Source of the DNA: Octopus bimaculoides
Lineage: Eukaryota
Direction of reading: 5' to 3'
Assembly (NCBI RefSeq): GCF_001194135.2
Contig: NC_068996.1
Span: 27,923,258-27,964,330 of the forward strand
DNA length: 41,073 nucleotides
Both the position numbers and the translations under genes were made by a program. This document shows positions 35,187 through 41,073 of this stretch, one piece after another. The notes under the pieces are model-generated. The model saw only the letters and a list, made by a program, of their open reading frames with translations, ran no database searches and was not told the DNA's origin. Positions within the stretch are counted from its first letter, which is position 1. Each line of letters begins with the position of its first letter.

Positions 35187-36424
35187 AAGGCAGTGAGCTG
35201 GCAGGATTGTTAGCCCCTCACACAAAATGCTTAGCAGCATTTGATCCGTCTTTATGTTCTGAGTTCAAATTTTGCCAGGGTCAGCTTTGCCTTTCATTCT
35301 TTTGGAGTCAATAAATTAAGTACCAGTGAAGCACTGGTGTTATGTAATTGACTGGTCCCCTCCTGCAAAATTTCAGGTCTTGTGCCTTTAGTAGAAAGGA
35401 TTCTTCTTCTTATTTAAGAAGGGAGCAAGTTAGCAGAATCGTTAGCACGCTGGGCGAAATGCTTAGCGGTATTTCGTCTGCCGCTACGTTCTGAGTTCAA
35501 AATTCGCCGAGGTCGACTTTGCCTTTCATCTTTTCGCGGTCAATTAAATAAATACCACTTATGCACTGGGGGCAATATAATCGACTTAATCCATTTGTCT
35601 GTCCTTGCTTGTCCCCTCTGTGTGTAGCTCCTTGTAGGCAGTAAAGAAATAACAATTGTTAGCATGCCAGACAAAATGCTTAGCAGTATTTCATATGTTC
35701 TGAGTTCAAATTCCACTGAGGTTGACTTTGCTTTTCATCCTTTCAGAGTCAATAAAATAAACCTTCTAAGCACAGGGGTCGATGTAATCAACTAACCCCC
35801 TCCCCCAAATTTCAGGCCTTATGCCTCGGGCTTTTAGCAGAATCATTAGAGTGTCATTGTGGACAATTATGTCTTTCATCTTTTTGGGGTTGATGAAATA
35901 AATACCAGCTATGTACAGAAATCAATGTAATCAACTAGCTCCCGTCTCCCAAAATTTCAGGCCTTGTTCCTATAGTAGAAAGGGTTATTGTTATTAAGGT
36001 GGTGTACTGCCAAGATTGTTAACACATCGGACAAAATACTTAGCTGCATTTTGCCCATCATTATGTTCTGAATTCAAATTCTGCCAGGGTCAACTTTGCC
36101 TTTCATCCTCTTGAGGTTGATAAATTAAGTACCAGTTGAATACTGGGTTGATGTAATCGACTATCCCCCTTACCCAAATTTCAGGCCTTGTGTCTATAAT
36201 AGAAAGGATTATTATTATTATTTAAGAAGGTGGTCAGCTGATTAAATCATTAGCTCACTGGACAAAATGCTTAGTGGCATTTCACCTATCTATATGTTCT
36301 GGGTTCAAATTCTGCCAAGGTTGATTTTGCCTTTCATGCTTTTGGGGTCAATAAAATAAGTACCAGTTAAGTACTGGGGTCGATGTAATCGATTGGTTCC
36401 TTCCCCCAAATTTCAGGCCTTGTA
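35187..36424 (+). mobile_element. Head-to-tail array of six tRNA-derived SINE copies (family A)
   Basis: Copies start at about 35187, 35420, 35653, 35832, 35996 and 36222. Most carry ggcagtgagctggcagaat.gttagc..aaatgcttagc..gttctgagttcaaatt..gactttgcctttcatcc..gataaattaagtaccag (copy 3 is 5'-truncated, copy 4 internally deleted). Confidence 0.9.
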
Positions 36425-36849
36425 TTAGGGTATTTTTCATATGGATTTACGTACAATGTGCCCATTAACATGCCACTAGTGAATGGAAAAAATATGAAAG
36501 CGCTTGATCCAAACAAAGAATGGAGATGAGTGTATATATTATTTACTCAACATAAATTTTACTCTAAATATTAGACCAACCATAAAACACTATCATTATA
36601 TGTGGTTAAAAATTGTTTGGAGGTGTTATTTGGGTAAGTTAGGAGGACAAGTTGAGGTTTTGGGACAAGACTGTTTTACCTCATATATTCTATTATTTGT
36701 TTATCACCAATTCATTAAAATTTTTTTTAACCAAACATTCGTGATAAACAAGGATAGATGTACTAATAAAATACTGGAAATCAATATAATCTACAGGTCC
36801 CCACCTCCAATTTCTGACCTTGTGTGCTTGTCAGAAAATTTATTTAAAT

Positions 36850-37150
36850 AGGTGAAGATGTGACTGTGTTTTAAAAAGCTTGCTTCCCAACCACATGGTT
36901 CCAGGTTCAGTCCCACTACATGGCACCTTGAGCAAGTATCTTCTGCTATAGCCCTTGGCCAACCAAAGTCTTGTAAGTGAATTTGGTAGATGGAAACTGA
37001 TGAAAACAGTTCATCATTTATTTCCATGGGGAAATATTACCTTGTTTATTGATAGGAAGGGCATTTGGATGTAGAAAAAAAAATCTACCATTATAAATTT
37101 CATCCTGCCCATGTAAGCATGGAAATGTGGATGTTAAATAATGATGATGA
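36850..37150 (+). mobile_element. SINE family C2 copy with RTE-like tail
   Basis: cttgcttcccaaccacatggttccaggttcagtcccac..ggcaccttgagcaag.. ending gtaagcatggaaatgtggatgttaaataatgatgatga. Confidence 0.8.
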
Positions 37151-37422
37151 ACACTTAATTGGTTAGAAGCAAATGGTTAAGTTGGTAGGTAGCCAACCAG
37201 CCAGCCAAGCAAATAGTTGGTGGTTCATATCCATTCATCAGCAAGTGTCTTCTATCCATAGAACAAAGAATTCTATTTGGTAGATGGAAACTGATATATT
37301 CAGACATTATTCCATGTATTTTCTAGGTGATGCCCCAGCATGGCTGCACTTCAATGACTGTTATAAGAAAAAGATGAAAGATTATGTTTATGCCTTCAGA
37401 ACTACATCATCCAATGTATCTT

Positions 37423-37636
37423 TTTTTCTACTCTAGACACAAGGCCTGAAATTTTTGTGGAGGGGGCCAGTTGATTAGATCAATCCCAGTACCTAACTGG
37501 TACTTAATTTATTGACCCCAAAAGGATGAAAGGCAAAGTTGACCGTGGCAGAATTTGTACTCAGAATGTAAAAACAGATGAAATGCCGATAAGCATTTCA
37601 CCCTGCGTGCTAATGACTCTGCCAGCTCACAGCCTT
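37423..37636 (-). mobile_element. SINE family A full-length copy, inverted relative to the 35-36-kb array
   Basis: Reverse complement of the array copies over about 210 bp. Confidence 0.88.
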
Positions 37637-38547
37637 AATAATCATAATAATACATCCAATATACCTTTCCATGGTAGAGTGTAATTTGAAAGAGATTTAA
37701 TTGCTATTTCTAGCAAGTCGAATGATCTTTGTCTTGAAATGCTGACTTGTGTATATTGTTGTTCTTTAATGAAGTATGATGGTAAGGTGTAAAGTGAGGG
37801 AGATTTGGTTGTTATTTCTAGTAGATTGCATGACTGCATAGAGACCTACTTGCTGCTTGTAGGCTCATGTATTTAACAGTATGATGATAAGCTAGAGTTG
37901 ACGAAATGTGTGTGAGTTGGAATCAGTCCTTAATCACATATTTTTTGTTACTTAAGAATGAAAAAAACCAAATGCAAAAAGAAAAAGATCAGGAAAACAG
38001 TTCATTTCACAACATTATGTAGGGATTTTTCTGTGTAGTGATGAATGTTGATATGATGGTGCAGTTAGTGTAGCATTCATTTTTTGCTGACAGTCAGGTT
38101 GTTAAAACAGACTTGCATGACAGAAGTTCTGTTGGTGTTTTGATGGTAATATCAGTTATAGAATTTCGTTGGTATTTATGTTTCATCATTCATGACTCTT
38201 ATCAGTTTCTATTGTCTTTAGCTGATACTGCATCATGTCACCAAATATCAGCTTGCAGCTTACTAACTGGTGACCTATGATTGTGTTCATCTCTGTGTTA
38301 CTGTCTGTTGTTTGATACTCTTTATAAGCTGTGTTTAGCAGAATTAAAGCTCTATTGATTTTCAATCAACAATTTAGGATTTAATAGAATTTTTGCTGAC
38401 ATCATTCAAAGACTATGATGTGTAGTTATTGAATATCATTAGTTAGATTTTTCTTGACATCATTATACCTGTTAGTTGTTTTGAACAAATTCTAAAAATT
38501 CCTAGTAAACCATTGGTCAGAGTTTTACTAACGTGATAAAATACCAG

Positions 38548-38936
38548 ATGTGGAGGCGCAATGGCCCAGTGGTTAGGGCAGCGAACTTGTGGTCACGGGA
38601 TTGCAGTTTCGATTCCCAGACCGGGCGTTGTGAGTGTTTATTGAGAAAAAACACCTAAAGCTCCACGAGGCTCCAGCAGGGGATGGTGGCGAACCCTGCA
38701 GTACTCTTTCACCACAACTTTCTCTCACTCTTCCTTCCTGTTTCTTTTGTGCCTGTAATTCAAAGGGTCAGCCTTGTCACACTGTGTCATGCTGAATATC
38801 CCTGAGAACTACATTAAGGGTACACATGTCTGTGTAGTACTCAGCCACTTGCATGTTAATTTCATGAGCAGGCTGTTCTGTTGATTGGATCAACTGGAAC
38901 CCTCGACGTCGTAAGTGACAGAGTGCCAGCAACACC
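38548..38936 (+). mobile_element. tRNA-derived SINE family D with 10-bp target-site duplication
   Basis: A box tggcccagtggttagg and B box gtttcgattcc; TSD aaaataccag at 38538-38547 and 38937-38946. Confidence 0.88.
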
Positions 38937-39524
38937 AAAATACCAGTTACAACTTTTTGTGTTTGGAAACTAAGAGGCTCCAAGTTTAAATCACAGTATA
39001 GATCTGTTCATGTGTAGCATGTAAAGGTGCACCTGGTAGTTGTTGATAATTGCTCTTGTTTTTCCATCAATCAGCTTTGATTTGAGCTGACCTGACCAAA
39101 AGCATCGTAGCTTTGATCATTCACCTTTTTATTTAGACAATGTCAACAAAATCCAACAATCCAGTGTGCCATTCCTCTTTTTAAGATGGTAGATTAAGAT
39201 GTGATTTGGCTGCTATTTCTAGCAGATAGCTAATGATTTCAAGTTGTTAAAGGCAGTCAGCACTCTAAAACTACCTGAGTGCTATCATTACAGTTTTGAG
39301 TTCAAAATTGTCTCAACTATGAATCTTCATCTCTTTATACATTAAATTTATGGTCCTTACTCAATTTCCTGTACTCCCAATAACCTTTAGTATAGCAATA
39401 GCTTTATTAAAGGTTCAAATAAAATCTTTCAACAGTGGCAAGAATATTTTACTGACTTGCTGAATTACTCATCAAACACTGATTGATTTATATTTAGGAC
39501 CCATTCATCGCGTACCAATTAAAA

Positions 39525-39985
39525 TGCTTTCAGTGAAGTAAGTGATGCTTTATGCAAACTTAAAATGTAAAAGCTCCTGGTATTTATGACACTCCAACAG
39601 AAGTGCTCAAATTAGGGCAAAACAGAATGTTTAGTTTTCTGTAGAATATTGAACATAATATGCAGGAAAATGATAATTTCATCAGGGATTGGAGAGATAC
39701 AATACTGAAAATGTTGAGCAAAGGGAAAAATGGTAAAGATTTACATGGTAATTCTGCAGGTATTTCTCTTCTTAGTAGGGAAAATATTGAGTGGAATTAT
39801 TCTTGTTCATCTCATACAACATATTAGGACATCTTTTCTTCCCAAGACTCAATCAAGTTTTTAGAATGGCAGAGGAACCAATGATGTGATATTTTCTGCT
39901 TGTCAACTTCAAGAGAAATGAATTGAGCAGTGACTTGACCTCTATCATTGCTTCAGTGGCCTCGCTAAGACTTTTGATTCGATTG
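39525..39985 (+). mobile_element. Degenerate RTE(BovB-like) reverse transcriptase fragment
   Basis: Frameshifted translation KAPGIYDTPTEVLKLG..DWRDT..GNSAGISLLS/GKILSGIIL..LPKTQSSF*NGRGTNDVIFSACQLQEK*IEQ..AKTFDS follows the RTE RT pattern KAPG.D.IP.E..K.G..DW.DA..GNYRGISLLS..GKIL..LPESQ.GFR.GR.T.D.IF..RQLQEK. Confidence 0.82.
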
Positions 39986-40027
39986 CAATATGTTATGGGC
40001 AATTCTCAGAAAAGTTGGTTGTTCCAA

Positions 40028-41073
40028 TCATCATCATCATCATCATCATCGTTTAACGTCAGCTTTCCATGCTAGCATGGGTTGGATGATTTGACTGAGG
40101 ACTGGTGAAACCACATGGCAACACCAGTCTCCAATCTGATTTGGTAGAGTTTCTACGGCTGGATGCCCTTCCTAAACGCCAACCACTCAGAGAGTGTAGT
40201 GGGTGCTTTTACGTGTCGNNNNNNNNNNNNNNNNNNNNNNNNNNNNNNNNNNNNNNNNNNNNNNNNNNNNNNNNNNNNNNNNNNNNNNNNNNNNNNNNNN
40301 NNNNNNNNNNNNNNNNNNNNNNNNNNNNNNNNNNNNNNNNNNNNNNNNNNNNNNNNNNNNNNNNNNNNNNNNNNNNNNNNNNNNNNNNNNNNNNNNNNNN
40401 NNNNNNNNNNNNNNNNNNNNNNNNNNNNNNNNNNNNNNNNNNNNNNNNNNNNNNNNNNNNNNNNNNNNNNNNNNNNNNNNNNNNNNNNNNNNNNNNNNNN
40501 NNNNNNNNNNNNNNNNNNNNNNNNNNNNNNNNNNNNNNNNNNNNNNNNNNNNNNNNNNNNNNNNNNNNNNNNNNNNNNNNNNNNNNNNNNNNNNNNNNNN
40601 NNNNNNNNNNNNNNNNNNNNNNNNNNNNNNNNNNNNNNNNNNNNNNNNNNNNNNNNNNNNNNNNNNNNNNNNNNNNNNNNNNNNNNNNNNNNGGAAAGGT
40701 ACGCATAAGTGGGCTGGCTACACCCCTGGCAGAGGCCTTGGATTTAGGCCTCACTTGGCTTGCCGGGTCTTCTCACGCACAGCATATTTCCAAAGGTCTC
40801 GGTCAGAAGTCATCGCCTCGGTGAGGCCCAGTGTTCGAAGGTCTTGCCTCATCACCTCAGCCTAGGTCTTCCTGGGCATACCTCTTCCACGGGTTCCCTC
40901 AACTGTTAGGGTTTGGCACTTTTTCACGCAGCTATCCTCGTCCATTCTCGCCACATGTCCATACCAGCGCAATCGTCTCTCTTGCACACCATAACTGATA
41001 CTTCTTATATTCAGCTTTTCTATCAAGATACTTACACTTTGTCGGGTATGCACACTGACATTACTCATCCATC
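40028..41073 (-). mobile_element. RTE-clade LINE, 3' part (ORF C-terminus, 3'UTR, (GAT)n tail), interrupted by gap 40219-40692
   Basis: ORF 40862..41068 RRLRWYGHVARMDEDSCVKKC..VEGTRGRG.PRKT continues past a premature stop as AEVMRQDLRTLGLTEAMTSDRDLWKYAVREKTRQAK*; tail ttaaacgatgatgatg. Confidence 0.9.

Noticed and set aside
38548-38625. tRNA gene
   Set aside because: A/B boxes are present, but no complete cloverleaf was found and it continues into a 390-bp body with a TSD, so it is a SINE head.

Overview
AT-rich, repeat-dense animal genomic DNA. The repeat landscape (tRNA-derived SINEs, RTE tails, Dong/R4-like pieces, dense AT/CA microsatellites) looks like a coleoid cephalopod, probably Octopus; this is an inference from recalled repeat families. 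The window holds the last four coding exons of a JNK-interacting protein 3/4 gene (JIP3/Sunday driver/UNC-16; MAPK8IP3/SPAG9 family) on the + strand: 206-319, 23068-23253, 28456-28596 and 30471-30577 (stop). All introns are GT-AG phase 1, and the first is about 22.7 kb. The introns and downstream region contain SINEs, RTE, R4/Dong, L1/Tx1 and CR1-like LINE relics, two mariner copies, a Tc1/mariner-type MITE, a Helitron helicase/3'-end fragment, microsatellites and 8 assembly gaps. The most notable signals, none visible in the ORF track, are: (i) a type I hammerhead ribozyme motif with a complete catalytic core on the sense strand of the last JIP3 intron (29363-29448); (ii) a ~1.4-kb inverted repeat whose arms both end in hammerhead motifs (17005-18412), plus further decayed hammerhead relics; (iii) several other long intronic fold-backs that could be dsRNA/ADAR substrates; (iv) a degenerate ~7-unit stem-loop repeat just after the JIP3 stop codon; (v) a six-copy head-to-tail SINE array. 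All structures were folded by eye and none was tested computationally or experimentally.
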